Assembly (NCBI GenBank): GCA_963695225.1
Contig: OY968762.1
Location: 2,592,001-2,656,000, forward strand
Length of the DNA: 64,000 nt
Direction of reading: 5' to 3'
Source of the DNA: Vulcanimicrobiota bacterium
GTDB lineage: Bacteria; Vulcanimicrobiota; Vulcanimicrobiia; Vulcanimicrobiales; Vulcanimicrobiaceae
This document shows positions 53,789-63,533 of the stretch, piece by piece. Both the position numbers and the translations under genes were made by a program. Each line of letters starts with the position of its first letter. Within the stretch, counting starts at the first letter, position 1. Below the pieces are notes generated by a model. It saw only the letters and a list, made by a program, of their open reading frames with translations, did not search any database and was not told where the DNA came from.

Positions 53789-56106
53789 TTCGTTCCCGGG
53801 CGCCGCACGTAAGGGTCGATGACCCGCGTCGACGTGACGGTGACCGGGATCGTCAGGTGGTTGCCGTTCGCATCGGCGACCGTGACGAGCGCCATGCCGG
53901 CGCTGACGGCCGCGAGCGTCAGTCGCGCGCGGCCGGCTCCTTCAGCGGCGAGCGTCGCAGCCGCGACGTCGGGATGGGAGTTCACCAGCGTGAACGCTCC
54001 CGCGTACCCCGCCTCCACGATGGAAACGGTGTGCAGCCCGTTCGCGCCCGGCGCGATGCGCAGCAGCACGCTCGTATCGCTCGCCGCGAGCGCGCCCGCC
54101 GAAACCGGCTGGACCACGCCGGCTAGCGAACCGATCGGTGCGTAGCGCTGCGCTCGGCGGCCGGCAGAACCGGCCAGCGTCGAAATAGTGACCGTGGCCG
54201 CGACCGCCTGGCCGTGCTGATCCGAAAGCGTCACGGTGCACGATCCCAAACCGATCGCGTTGAACGCGAACGTCGCCGCCCCGCCGATCGCGTTCTGGGG
54301 CGAAGCCGTCGTGAACGCGATGCGGGTCGAACACGACGAGTCCGGAACGTATGCGATCGCGCCCGCGTAGAACGGCTCGGTTGCCGTCAGCGTGCCGCTC
54401 GCCGCGATGACTTGCGCTGCAGCCGTCAGCGCTCCGGTGACGGTGAACGTCAGCGCGGTTGCATGGTGTCCGATCCCGTCGGAGACGGTTACCTGCGCGG
54501 TACCTCCCGATGCCGCTTGCGGCCCGGGCGCGACGGTGAACGTTACCGGAGACCCCGAGCCGGTCGGGCCTGAAACGCTCGCGACGTTGGGATTCGAACT
54601 GACGGCAGAGAACGTTCCGCCGTGCGACTCCGTCGCCGTGATCGTCGCCGACGTGCCGCTGCCGCCGTAGTTGATCACCGCAGTGCTCGCGGTCGCGGTG
54701 AACGGGCCCGCGACGACCGCGATCGCCGTCTGCGACGTCGTCTGCCGGCCGTCCGTGAACGTGGCGGTGCACGTTCCCGCCTTGATTGCCGTAAACGTGA
54801 AGGCCGCGCTCGAATTTGCGCCGCCGGAGGCCGGCGCAGAGGCCGGTGCCGTCACGACGTTCGCGCAGCCCGCGAGCGTCGAACTGACGGGGCCGCTATA
54901 GTACGGCTCCGAGACCGCTACCGTGCCGCTGGATGCCGTCGCGGGGATGGTGAGGCTGCGCGGTGCGCTGAGCGCTCCGGTGACGGTGGTCGTGGGCAGC
55001 GATGCCGAGTGCCCGGCCCCGTCGCTGACAGTGATCTGCGTCGTTCCCGGGGAGGCTGCGGTGACGGTAAAGCTCACCGTGGCCGCTCCCGAGGCCGGCG
55101 AGGGTGCCGCGATGTTGACGATGCCCGGCGGCGAACTCGATGCGGAGAACGTGCCGCTGAAACCCGGCTCTGAGGCCGAGATCGTGAAGGCGTTCGGTGA
55201 GCCGGACGTGCCGATCGTCTGCGCCGCGGACGGCCCTAGCGTGAGCGTGCCGGTGCTGGGTGGTGCCGTGGAGGCCCCTACGGGCGGCGCAACGGGGCTC
55301 GGGGTGGAGGTTCCGGCCGGCGCAGGAGCGCCCGGGACGCCTCCGCCCTTGCCGCCCCCGCCGCCGGCGGCTGCGGCGATCAGGCCGAGCCCGCCGATGA
55401 TGCCCAGGACGCCTCCTCCGCCTCCGCCTCCGCCTCCTCCGCTCGCTCCGGCCGCCGGCTTCGGGATTGGGGCTTCGCGTGCGACGGCGTCGGCGACGAT
55501 CGCCGGGTCGGGGCACTCCAGCGGGGCCAGGCCCTCGGAGAGCGAGGAGAGCGGGACCGCCGTTTCGCCGCCCGCCGGCGTGAAAGAGTAGGCTTGCCCT
55601 GCCTCGGCGGTGACGCCGCCGGTCCGAACTTGGCCTTTGTACACCGCTAGAACGGTCGCGCCCGCGCTGTCGCGTGCGACGCTGTAGATCGCGGGCGCCG
55701 TCGCCGTCGTCAGGGTCACGCCGGAGGTGACGCCGACCTGCCCCGAGGTTGCGACGATGCAGACGCCGCCCTGTGCGAGATCGAGCGTGAGGCTGCCGTC
55801 GGTCCGCAGCACGCGAGCTTTCGTCAGCGGGCCGAGGCGCATGCGCGCGGCATCGGCGAGCGCGATGTCCGCGAGCGACGCGGCGGATGTTTCGAGCGTA
55901 TCGCCGACCAGCGTGCGTTGCGCGGTCGTCACCTCGTGTTCTTGACCGGTCTCCGGCTTGACGGAGAGCTTCCCCTTCGTCGTCGTAACCACGATGACGG
56001 CGGGTGTGCCGCTCGCTCGACCGAGAGAAGAGAGGACGAATGCGAGCGTCACGACCGCGGCGGACGTCCGCCGGATGAGGTAACGGTCTGGAAAACTAGG
56101 AGTCAA
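53785..56106 (-). CDS. shorter paralog of the Ig-like repeat protein
   Basis: N- and C-terminal domains near-identical to 48466-52599, fewer repeats. Confidence 0.85.
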   Translation of the reverse strand: MTPSFPDRYLIRRTSAAVVTLAFVLSSLGRASGTPAVIVVTTTKGKLSVKPETGQEHEVTTAQRTLVGDTLETSAASLADIALADAARMRLGPLTKARVLRTDGSLTLDLAQGGVCIVATSGQVGVTSGVTLTTATAPAIYSVARDSAGATVLAVYKGQVRTGGVTAEAGQAYSFTPAGGETAVPLSSLSEGLAPLECPDPAIVADAVAREAPIPKPAAGASGGGGGGGGGGVLGIIGGLGLIAAAAGGGGGKGGGVPGAPAPAGTSTPSPVAPPVGASTAPPSTGTLTLGPSAAQTIGTSGSPNAFTISASEPGFSGTFSASSSPPGIVNIAAPSPASGAATVSFTVTAASPGTTQITVSDGAGHSASLPTTTVTGALSAPRSLTIPATASSGTVAVSEPYYSGPVSSTLAGCANVVTAPASAPASGGANSSAAFTFTAIKAGTCTATFTDGRQTTSQTAIAVVAGPFTATASTAVINYGGSGTSATITATESHGGTFSAVSSNPNVASVSGPTGSGSPVTFTVAPGPQAASGGTAQVTVSDGIGHHATALTFTVTGALTAAAQVIAASGTLTATEPFYAGAIAYVPDSSCSTRIAFTTASPQNAIGGAATFAFNAIGLGSCTVTLSDQHGQAVAATVTISTLAGSAGRRAQRYAPIGSLAGVVQPVSAGALAASDTSVLLRIAPGANGLHTVSIVEAGYAGAFTLVNSHPDVAAATLAAEGAGRARLTLAAVSAGMALVTVADANGNHLTIPVTVTSTRVIDPYVRRPGTN

Positions 56107-56311
56107 TTGCGAAGCTCCTAAGTCTGACCGAAGGCTTACAATACGTTCCTCTTCGCTTTACATCACGTGCGTATTTGTCCTTGCTAACGTACGAGCGAGT
56201 CCAAGTCGGCTTCTTGCCCGGCCCCCTTGTCACGCCGGGCAGCAAAACATACGCGCCGCTGCCTGCGCTACCAACTCAAAACGCAGGCCGGCGCGCCCTC
56301 GCGGTGCGCCG

Positions 56312-56824
56312 CTAGCGGAGCGGATCGAACGCCGTCGCCTCGGAGCGATCGGTGCCGCGCACGATCGTGGGCTTGCGATGCGGGCGCCGGCCCATCGCGA
56401 GTGCTTCGACCGTCTCGGCAAATGCCTCGAGGTCGTCGCGCAACTGCGCCTCGAACGCCGCCTGCGCCGCGGCCGCCGCCGCGGGGACGTGCGCCGTCCC
56501 CTCGGGCGGCTCGATGGATACGTCGACCGTGAGCAGCGTCGTCCCCGGGTGCGCCGGATCCGCTTCGAACAGGATGGACCCGGAGTTCACCGGGCCGCGG
56601 ATCGAACGCCACGCGATGCGCCGATGTTCGACGCTCTCTTCGCTCGCGACTTCGTTCTGATAGCTGCCCATCATCTCGACGTGCCAGAGCGAACGCGTCT
56701 CGTCGATGCGCTCGACTCGCCGGACGTACGAGAGGAGGCGCGGGTAATCTTCGAACTTCGACCACATCGCGTACGCGGTGGGCACCGCGGCGTTGACCGA
56801 GATCGTACACGAGTGGGCCGGCAT
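56312..56824 (-). CDS. SRPBCC/START-family protein
   Basis: W..FE.YP.L...V..VE, RRIAWRS, G.I.F; GGGGAGG RBS. Confidence 0.85.
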   Translation of the reverse strand: MPAHSCTISVNAAVPTAYAMWSKFEDYPRLLSYVRRVERIDETRSLWHVEMMGSYQNEVASEESVEHRRIAWRSIRGPVNSGSILFEADPAHPGTTLLTVDVSIEPPEGTAHVPAAAAAAQAAFEAQLRDDLEAFAETVEALAMGRRPHRKPTIVRGTDRSEATAFDPLR

Positions 56825-56928
56825 GATCGTCCTCCCCCTGCGCGGGGCGCTTCTATCTCCAGTCTTTACCCCGGTTCGCTCGCCGCGCCGCGCGGCGAGG
56901 GCGGCCGGCCGGGGAAATGTGATCTAGA

Positions 56929-57726
56929 TCAACTTCCCGTCCCCTGATAACGGTCGAGCCCGACCCGCCAGAAGGCGTAAGCGAGGCCGGCCCACACGGC
57001 GCCGACGAGCGGCGTGAGCAGCCCGATCTGCGGCGAGAGCGCGAGCCCGATATCACTTTTGTGCAGCAGGAACGATGCCGGGAAGAAGTTCATGAACGCG
57101 AACGGGAAGACGAACGTGAGGATCAAGCGCACTCCGCGCGTGTAGATGCTGATCGGATATCGCGTGAAATCCTGTTCGAGCGACATGACGACCCAGCGGA
57201 GCGTGTCGATGCGGACGAACCAGAACGCGCACGTCGCGATCGCGAGGTTGATCGCGAAATCGATCAGCGCTCCGCCGACCATCACGAGCGGGACGAGCAG
57301 AATGAAGACCGCGTCGACGTGCACGCCGCCGTACCACGTCGCGAAGGCGAAGAAGACGAAGGCGAGGAGCAGCTCGTCCGGCCAAATCTGCTGGGGGGTC
57401 GTCATCGCCTGGAAGAGCGGATCGAGCGGCCGCACGAGGTAGCGGTCGAAGCGGCCCTCGCGCACCATGTTCGGCACTTCCCCGATCGTGAAGAAGAACG
57501 TGTTGTGGAATCCGTGCCCGAGCATCCAAAGCGCGTAGAGGAACGCCATCTGCCGGAAATCCCAGCCGTTCATCGAGGGGAACTGATGGAGCGTGACCCA
57601 GAGCGCCGCGATCGCCGTCGCGTGGTAGACGATCGTAAACCCGAACCACATGACGAAATTCGCCCGGTACTCGAGCATCGTCAATAGGTTGATCCGCCAG
57701 TATTGCAGGTAGACGGCGAGGCTCAC
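56929..57726 (-). CDS. ABC-2-family permease
   Basis: YRANF, VREGRFDRYLVRPL, YPISIY, YQGTGS. Confidence 0.9.
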   Translation of the reverse strand: MSLAVYLQYWRINLLTMLEYRANFVMWFGFTIVYHATAIAALWVTLHQFPSMNGWDFRQMAFLYALWMLGHGFHNTFFFTIGEVPNMVREGRFDRYLVRPLDPLFQAMTTPQQIWPDELLLAFVFFAFATWYGGVHVDAVFILLVPLVMVGGALIDFAINLAIATCAFWFVRIDTLRWVVMSLEQDFTRYPISIYTRGVRLILTFVFPFAFMNFFPASFLLHKSDIGLALSPQIGLLTPLVGAVWAGLAYAFWRVGLDRYQGTGS

Positions 57727-57730
57727 GCGC

Positions 57731-57946
57731 CTAGTATTTGAACGACGCGAGCGCGAGGCCGAGGGCGACGACGAACATCGTGATCGCCGAGGCCGTGATC
57801 CACGTCCGCACGGCGGGGCTCGGCCGCTGCTGCTCGGGGATCCGCGCCTGCCAGAAGACGTAAAGCGCGACGACCGCCGCCATGAGAATCGCCAGCGTGC
57901 GCAATACGAAATGCAGGTCTCGCACGAACGGGCTGAGCTCGGGCAC
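57731..57946 (-). CDS. small 2-TM hypothetical protein
   Basis: GAGGA RBS, two hydrophobic segments. Confidence 0.65.
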   Translation of the reverse strand: MPELSPFVRDLHFVLRTLAILMAAVVALYVFWQARIPEQQRPSPAVRTWITASAITMFVVALGLALASFKY

Positions 57947-58042
57947 GTTATCCTCGTAACAAGTCGGTATGCTGGTTCATTCAGCCCGCCCCACGGCGGC
58001 CCTCCGTGGCCGGGAAAAGCCGGGACGCGACGGCGCCGCGGC

Positions 58043-60175
58043 CTAGCGGCGGCGGGAGCCCGACGACGTCGACGTGCGCGCGACGTCGACCGAGGTGACG
58101 GCGAGCTTGCTCGTGGCGGGGGCTCCGCGAACCAAGATGCCGTGGAGCCCGGCGTTCAACGTGACCGGAAGCGTCCCGGTCGCGGAGGTCGCCCCGTTCG
58201 TCCCCAGCGTCGTCGTCGCGGAGAGCGTCCCGAGCTCGTTTCCGTCCACCCAGATCTCCGCGACCCCTTTGCCGTCCGCCGAACCGGCGTGCAAGCCGAC
58301 CGTGAACGTCCCCGCCGCGTCGACGCGCGTCAGGTATCCGAACCACGTCCCCTGGGTGAAACCGGAGACTTGCTGGCTTTGGAGCGTGCTCGCCGGCACG
58401 TCGAACGAGGCCGCCGGGATCGAGGCCGGGAGGAGGGTTCCGATCGTGATGGCCGGGCGAGTTCCCGCGGCGAGTTGCGTCATCGCCTGCATCTTATAGT
58501 TGTACGGCTGCGAGCCCAGATCGAAGACGTCGTCGAGGAAGCCCCACGTGTAGTTCCCCGTCACCGTGTAGTAGACGAGGAGATCGCCGCCGTTCGCGCT
58601 CCACGTGTTGTGCGCCGCGACGATTTCGGGAGCGATCAGCGGACTGTCGTGCGCCGCTTGGAGATATCCGTTGGTCGTCGCGCTGTTCGTCGGCGCGAAG
58701 TACGGGCCGCCTTCGTACGCGATCCGGTGCACGCCGAACGCGGCGGCGTAGGCCGCGTCCTTCGGCAAGCTCGCGGCCCATCCCAGTTGCGGCGAAGCAC
58801 CCACGGCCGCGCTCAGCGTGGCGAGGATCGCGCCGGTCGAAGATTCGTCGCCGGGCGCGTAATCGGCGCCGCCGCCGAGCCCGTAGAAGTAGTAGTTGAG
58901 GGGGTGCGGCGTGGAGATGCCCGCCTGCGCGGGATTGTTGTAGTAGCCCTCCATGAAGTAGACGGCCTGTTGCAACGGCCCGTCCGCGTTGCCGAGTTGC
59001 GTCATCAACACGGGGCGTACGCGCGTCATCATCGCCGCGTCGCCGAACGTGCTGCGGAAGATCGCGCTGATCTGCGCCCCGCGCTGGGCGATTCGCCGCC
59101 AATCGATGTAATTGGAGTTCGTCGTCCCGTCGAAGGCGAGCACGGAGGCGTTGGCCTGCGCCGCTTGATGGTTGATCGCCGATTGGGCGTAGTTTTGGTT
59201 CCACACTTCGTTCGAGTATTCGACGTAGAGGTGCAGATTCGACGGGAGCGCCGTCTGCGCGAGTTGCGCGACGTGCTGCACGTAGTCGTCGTCGGCGCCG
59301 GCCGGGATGTTGATCCAGCAATCCTCGTTCGTCTCGCTGCAGAGCTGGAACGCGTACTCGTACGCGGCGCCCTTCAGTTGGGAAGTGGACCCCGCGAGGA
59401 CCGTCTGCGAAGCGCTCGTCGGCGTGACGCGGTCGGTCCAATGCTGCTGCGGGTTGCCGTTCGAGGCGAGCCAATCCGCGAAGCGCAGCGTCGAGAACGG
59501 CGCGAGCGAACTCTTGAAATCCGTCGTGAACGTCGTCGAGGTGGGATAGTTCGAGCCCGAGCCTTCGCTGAGCGGTCGCATCAACTTGACGGCGCTGACC
59601 CCCGTGTTCGCCGCGCTGCTCGGGAGCAAACGCGTGGAGGTGAACGTGAGCGTGAGATCTTGCGGCGAGGAGTCGGAGATCGTCAGCGTCGCGCTGGTCG
59701 TGTTGGATGACGGAGAGTACGTCACGGGGGAGAGCGTGCCGAGCGAGGTTTGCACGATCGCCTGCCCGCTGAAACTCAGCGCGTAGACGCCGTCCATGCG
59801 CGGCCGTCCGGACCAGACGCGGATCGCTGCGTCCTGCAGCGGCCAGCCGTTCGGATCGGCGACGGCGTTCGCCGTGAAATCGATCGTCGTCCAGGGGATG
59901 CGGCTCGTCTTCATCGCGTCCGCGAAGGCGCGGTTCGTCTCGGTATCGGTGACGGCGCCGACGTTCATGCCGAGCGCGTTTGCCGCCGGGGGCGGCGGGA
60001 TCGGGGTCGCCGAGCCGACCGGGCCGGGGGTGGCGGTGCTCCCCGGCGCCGGCGTCGGCGTCGCCGGGGGGAGGTGGCCGAGGGCGGCTTGCTGCCCGTT
60101 GCAGGCCGGCAGGGTGACTGAGAGCACGGCCAATGCAAGCGTGAGAAAGGATGCCCGGCCAAAGACGAAGCGCAT
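58043..60175 (-). CDS. lipoprotein with glycoside-hydrolase-like domain and C-terminal carbohydrate-binding module
   Basis: lipobox LPAC, LRFADW, WINIP..ADDDY, YVEYSNEVWN, AYEGG. Confidence 0.8.
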   Translation of the reverse strand: MRFVFGRASFLTLALAVLSVTLPACNGQQAALGHLPPATPTPAPGSTATPGPVGSATPIPPPPAANALGMNVGAVTDTETNRAFADAMKTSRIPWTTIDFTANAVADPNGWPLQDAAIRVWSGRPRMDGVYALSFSGQAIVQTSLGTLSPVTYSPSSNTTSATLTISDSSPQDLTLTFTSTRLLPSSAANTGVSAVKLMRPLSEGSGSNYPTSTTFTTDFKSSLAPFSTLRFADWLASNGNPQQHWTDRVTPTSASQTVLAGSTSQLKGAAYEYAFQLCSETNEDCWINIPAGADDDYVQHVAQLAQTALPSNLHLYVEYSNEVWNQNYAQSAINHQAAQANASVLAFDGTTNSNYIDWRRIAQRGAQISAIFRSTFGDAAMMTRVRPVLMTQLGNADGPLQQAVYFMEGYYNNPAQAGISTPHPLNYYFYGLGGGADYAPGDESSTGAILATLSAAVGASPQLGWAASLPKDAAYAAAFGVHRIAYEGGPYFAPTNSATTNGYLQAAHDSPLIAPEIVAAHNTWSANGGDLLVYYTVTGNYTWGFLDDVFDLGSQPYNYKMQAMTQLAAGTRPAITIGTLLPASIPAASFDVPASTLQSQQVSGFTQGTWFGYLTRVDAAGTFTVGLHAGSADGKGVAEIWVDGNELGTLSATTTLGTNGATSATGTLPVTLNAGLHGILVRGAPATSKLAVTSVDVARTSTSSGSRRR

Positions 60176-60233
60176 ACCGCCATTATCGGCTTGCACGCCG
60201 AACTACTGCAACTCCGCCGGTGTCCTAAGGGGC

Positions 60234-60953
60234 ATGAAGACATCGATCGCATCGTTCGAGGTGCAGCGCTCGAACGAGCGCGCGTACTTCGACCACGGCT
60301 GGCTGCGCACGTACCACTCGTTCAGTTTCGCCGACTACTTCGATCCGTCGAACGTCCGCTGGGGCGCGCTGCGCGTCTTCAACGACGACGTGATCGCGCC
60401 GGCGACGGGCTTCGGCACGCACCCGCATCGGGACATGGAGATCCTGACCTACGTGTTCCGGGGCGAACTCGAGCACAAGGACTCGATGGGGCACGCCGGC
60501 GTCGTGCGACCGGGGGGCGTGCAGTATCTGAGCGCGGGGACGGGCATCACCCACTCCGAGTACAACCACTCCGCGGAGCACGAAGTGCGGCTCGTCCAGA
60601 TGTGGGTGATGCCGAAGGCCTCCGGTCTGAAGCCGCAGTACGGCCAAGTCGACTACACCCGCGAAGAGCGGCTCGGTCGCTGGCTGCCGATCGCGAGCGG
60701 GCAGGCGGGCGTCGCCTCGAAGATCGCGATCTGGCAAGACGCGACGGCCTACGTGGCCCGGCTGGAAGGCGGCCGCCTCACGCACGAGGTGGCGCCGGGG
60801 CGCTTTGCGTTCCTGTTCGTCGGCGAAGGCTCGGCGGTGGTGAACGGGGAGACGCTCACCGGCGGCGATGCGGCGCGGATCGTGGGGCCGCTGACGCTCG
60901 ATCTCTCGGGCGACGAGGCGGAACTCGTCCTGTGGGACGTGCCGGGGACCTAA
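60234..60953 (+). CDS. pirin-family protein (YhhW-like)
   Basis: HGWL.TYHSFSF, GF.THPHRDMEI, SAGTGI.HSE. Confidence 0.94.
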   Translation: MKTSIASFEVQRSNERAYFDHGWLRTYHSFSFADYFDPSNVRWGALRVFNDDVIAPATGFGTHPHRDMEILTYVFRGELEHKDSMGHAGVVRPGGVQYLSAGTGITHSEYNHSAEHEVRLVQMWVMPKASGLKPQYGQVDYTREERLGRWLPIASGQAGVASKIAIWQDATAYVARLEGGRLTHEVAPGRFAFLFVGEGSAVVNGETLTGGDAARIVGPLTLDLSGDEAELVLWDVPGT

Positions 60954-61765
60954 CCGCCCTGCCCGACGATGCGGCGCGAAGCCGCGCGCCAAACGGCGAA
61001 ACCTATCGCTGCGAATACGGCGATCCAGCCGAGTTGCGCGGCGAACGCGCCGGCGTAATCGGCCGGCGAGAGCGCGCCGATGTAGATGCGCAACGGCGTC
61101 GAGTAGATCGCCGCGAACGGCAAGCGCGCGACGATCGCGCCGAGGATGCCGGGGAAGAACGAGAGCGGCAGGATCTGCCCGCTGAGCAGATCCGAGGCCC
61201 AGCGAATCATCAGCTGGATCGCATACGTCTCGAGCGTCCAGAACGCGACCGAGTTCATCAAGAAGTTCAGCAGAAAGTTCACGAGATACCCGAGCGCGAA
61301 CGAGAGCGCGAACGCCGCGAGCACTGCGGGCGAGGGCACGTCGATGCGCACGAGCAAGAGCGCGAAGAGCAGCGACGGGACGATCAACAACGCGTGGAAC
61401 GCCGTCTGCCCGAAGCCGTCGGAGAAAAAGTAGAGCGGTAGGCTGATCGGCTTCATCAAGTCCGTCGCGATCGTCCCTTCCCGCATCTTCTCGCGGATCG
61501 AGCCCGTCCCGTCGATCTCCAGGATGAGCGACATCAAGAGCGCGACCGTCGCGTAGGTGATCATCAGGTGGAGCGGGATCCCAGCCGGCGCGACGTTCTG
61601 CGCGTACAGTGCGACCCACACGGAACGGAGCAAGTAGACGCGCAGCACGAGCGAGCCGACGTTCGTGAGGACCTCGACGCGATAGGTCGACTCGCGCGCG
61701 AACGCTTTCTTCGCGAACTCGAGGTACGGCTCGATCCGCGCGCCGGCTGCGAGCGATGCGATCAT
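60950..61765 (-). CDS. ABC-2-family permease
   Basis: G.IA.DL.KP, LSG...PL.FFP, C-terminal QGG. Confidence 0.9.
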   Translation of the reverse strand: MIASLAAGARIEPYLEFAKKAFARESTYRVEVLTNVGSLVLRVYLLRSVWVALYAQNVAPAGIPLHLMITYATVALLMSLILEIDGTGSIREKMREGTIATDLMKPISLPLYFFSDGFGQTAFHALLIVPSLLFALLLVRIDVPSPAVLAAFALSFALGYLVNFLLNFLMNSVAFWTLETYAIQLMIRWASDLLSGQILPLSFFPGILGAIVARLPFAAIYSTPLRIYIGALSPADYAGAFAAQLGWIAVFAAIGFAVWRAASRRIVGQGG

Positions 61766-62781
61766 GCGCGAGCGCCGGCGTTCTCGGGGGCGTGCTCGGG
61801 TTCGTAGCCCTCGACGTAGAGGCGCCGGATGATCGATTCCAGCTCCGGCTCCTCGATCGAGATGTCGCTGACGCAGTACGCATCCGCGACGCGGCGGATC
61901 AAATGCTCGGCGCTCTGCGTGCGACGGTCGAAACGCAGGCGGATCTGATTGCCTAGGCGGGATTCGATCTCGATCCCCTCGAGCGCGAAATCCGGCGCGT
62001 CTTCGCACAACTCGACGACGAGCGTGCGATGCGTCCCGTACCGCTCCTTGAGGCTCTCGATCTCGCCGTCGTAGACGAGCTTCCCTTCGTCGATGAGGAC
62101 GATCCGCCGGCAGAGGCGCTCGACGTCGCGCAGATCGTGCGTCGTGAGGATCACGGTCGTGCCGCGCTCGCGATTGATCTCGGCGACGAACGAGCGGATC
62201 GCCTCCTTCGCGACGACGTCGAGCCCGATCGTCGGCTCGTCCAAGTAGACGATGCGCGGATCGTGCAGCATGGCGGCGGCGAAATCGCCGCGCATCCGTT
62301 GCCCGAGCGAGAGTTGGCGCACCGGCGTCTGCAGGAAGCCGCCCATCTCGAGACGCTCGGTGAATTCGGCCATAGTCCGCTTGTAGCGCTCTTGCGGAAC
62401 GTTGTAGATTGCGCGCAGCAGTTCGAACGATTCGATCAGCGCGAGATCCCAATACAACTGGCTGCGCTGGCCGAATACGACGCCGATGTTCCGTGCGTTG
62501 GCCGTGCGCCGTTCGCTCGGGACGAGGCCCGCGACGCGGATCAGGCCGGAGGTCGGGACGAGGATCCCGGTCAGCATCTTGATCGTCGTCGACTTCCCCG
62601 CCCCGTTCGGGCCGATGTAGCCGACGAGTTCCCCGGCTTCGAGGGACATCGTGATCCCCTCGACCGCCGCCTTCTCGACGTAGTCCCGCGAGAAGAGCGT
62701 CCGCAGCGCCCCGAGCGGGCCGGGAGCGCGCTTGACGGAGCGAAAGACCTTGCGCAGATCGCGGGTCTCGATGATCGGCAT
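61762..62781 (-). CDS. ABC transporter ATP-binding protein
   Basis: GPNGAGKST, FGQRSQL.WDL, LSLGQRMR, LDEPTIGLD. Confidence 0.95.
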   Translation of the reverse strand: MPIIETRDLRKVFRSVKRAPGPLGALRTLFSRDYVEKAAVEGITMSLEAGELVGYIGPNGAGKSTTIKMLTGILVPTSGLIRVAGLVPSERRTANARNIGVVFGQRSQLYWDLALIESFELLRAIYNVPQERYKRTMAEFTERLEMGGFLQTPVRQLSLGQRMRGDFAAAMLHDPRIVYLDEPTIGLDVVAKEAIRSFVAEINRERGTTVILTTHDLRDVERLCRRIVLIDEGKLVYDGEIESLKERYGTHRTLVVELCEDAPDFALEGIEIESRLGNQIRLRFDRRTQSAEHLIRRVADAYCVSDISIEEPELESIIRRLYVEGYEPEHAPENAGARA

Positions 62782-62870
62782 ATTCCCGCCAACCGTTCGC
62801 GCGCTCGGCCGGGTTTCGCTGCCCGCCGCCGGGGAAGGGGCCGCGCACGCCCGGCGCGGAAGCGGCCGTC

Positions 62871-63305
62871 ATGACGTTTCTAGGGTACGACCACGTCGAC
62901 GCGCGGGTCCCCTCGATCGCGCGCGTCGAGCCTTTCTACGACCGTCTCATGCCGGAACTCTATCTTCCGGAGAAGCGCTACGCGTACGTCGACGCTTCCG
63001 GCGAGTGGCATGATGCCTCGGATGCGCGTCCGTACAACGCGGTCGAGTATCACGAGGAAACGCGCTTCTCGGCTGGGCGCGCCTCGTTCTTCATCGGCAT
63101 CATCGAGGACGCGGCGATGGTCCCGACCTCGACGCGCATCGCCTTCCGCATCCCGTCCGCGGCGGACTTGATTCATTGGCACGCGATGCTGCTCGCGATC
63201 GGCGCGCACGCGGTCGAATGGTCCGAAGGCGAAGAGTATCCGGCGATCTTTTTCGAAGATCCCTGCGGCACGAAGCTCGAGGTCTGCGCGCGGTTGCCTC
63301 GGTAG
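62871..63305 (+). CDS. VOC/glyoxalase-family protein
   Basis: DHVD.RV, RIAF, Y.AIFFEDPCG.KLEV. Confidence 0.85.
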   Translation: MTFLGYDHVDARVPSIARVEPFYDRLMPELYLPEKRYAYVDASGEWHDASDARPYNAVEYHEETRFSAGRASFFIGIIEDAAMVPTSTRIAFRIPSAADLIHWHAMLLAIGAHAVEWSEGEEYPAIFFEDPCGTKLEVCARLPR

Positions 63306-63533
63306 CGCGCGAGCGACGAACGTCATCGCATTTCGCGGCCTTCGGCAATACGCTTGAACCGTATCGCGGCGCGCGTCGCGTTGCGGCTCGCCTTGCGTTT
63401 CGCCAAAAGTCGCACGGCGGCATGCGAGAGTCGAAAATAGCATGTAGATGTATCTCGCAACGAAATATCCGGCGCGCATCAGTTCGAAAAGCGGGTACAA
63501 AGGGCGGCATTGGATGCGCGAAAGGGAGAATAG

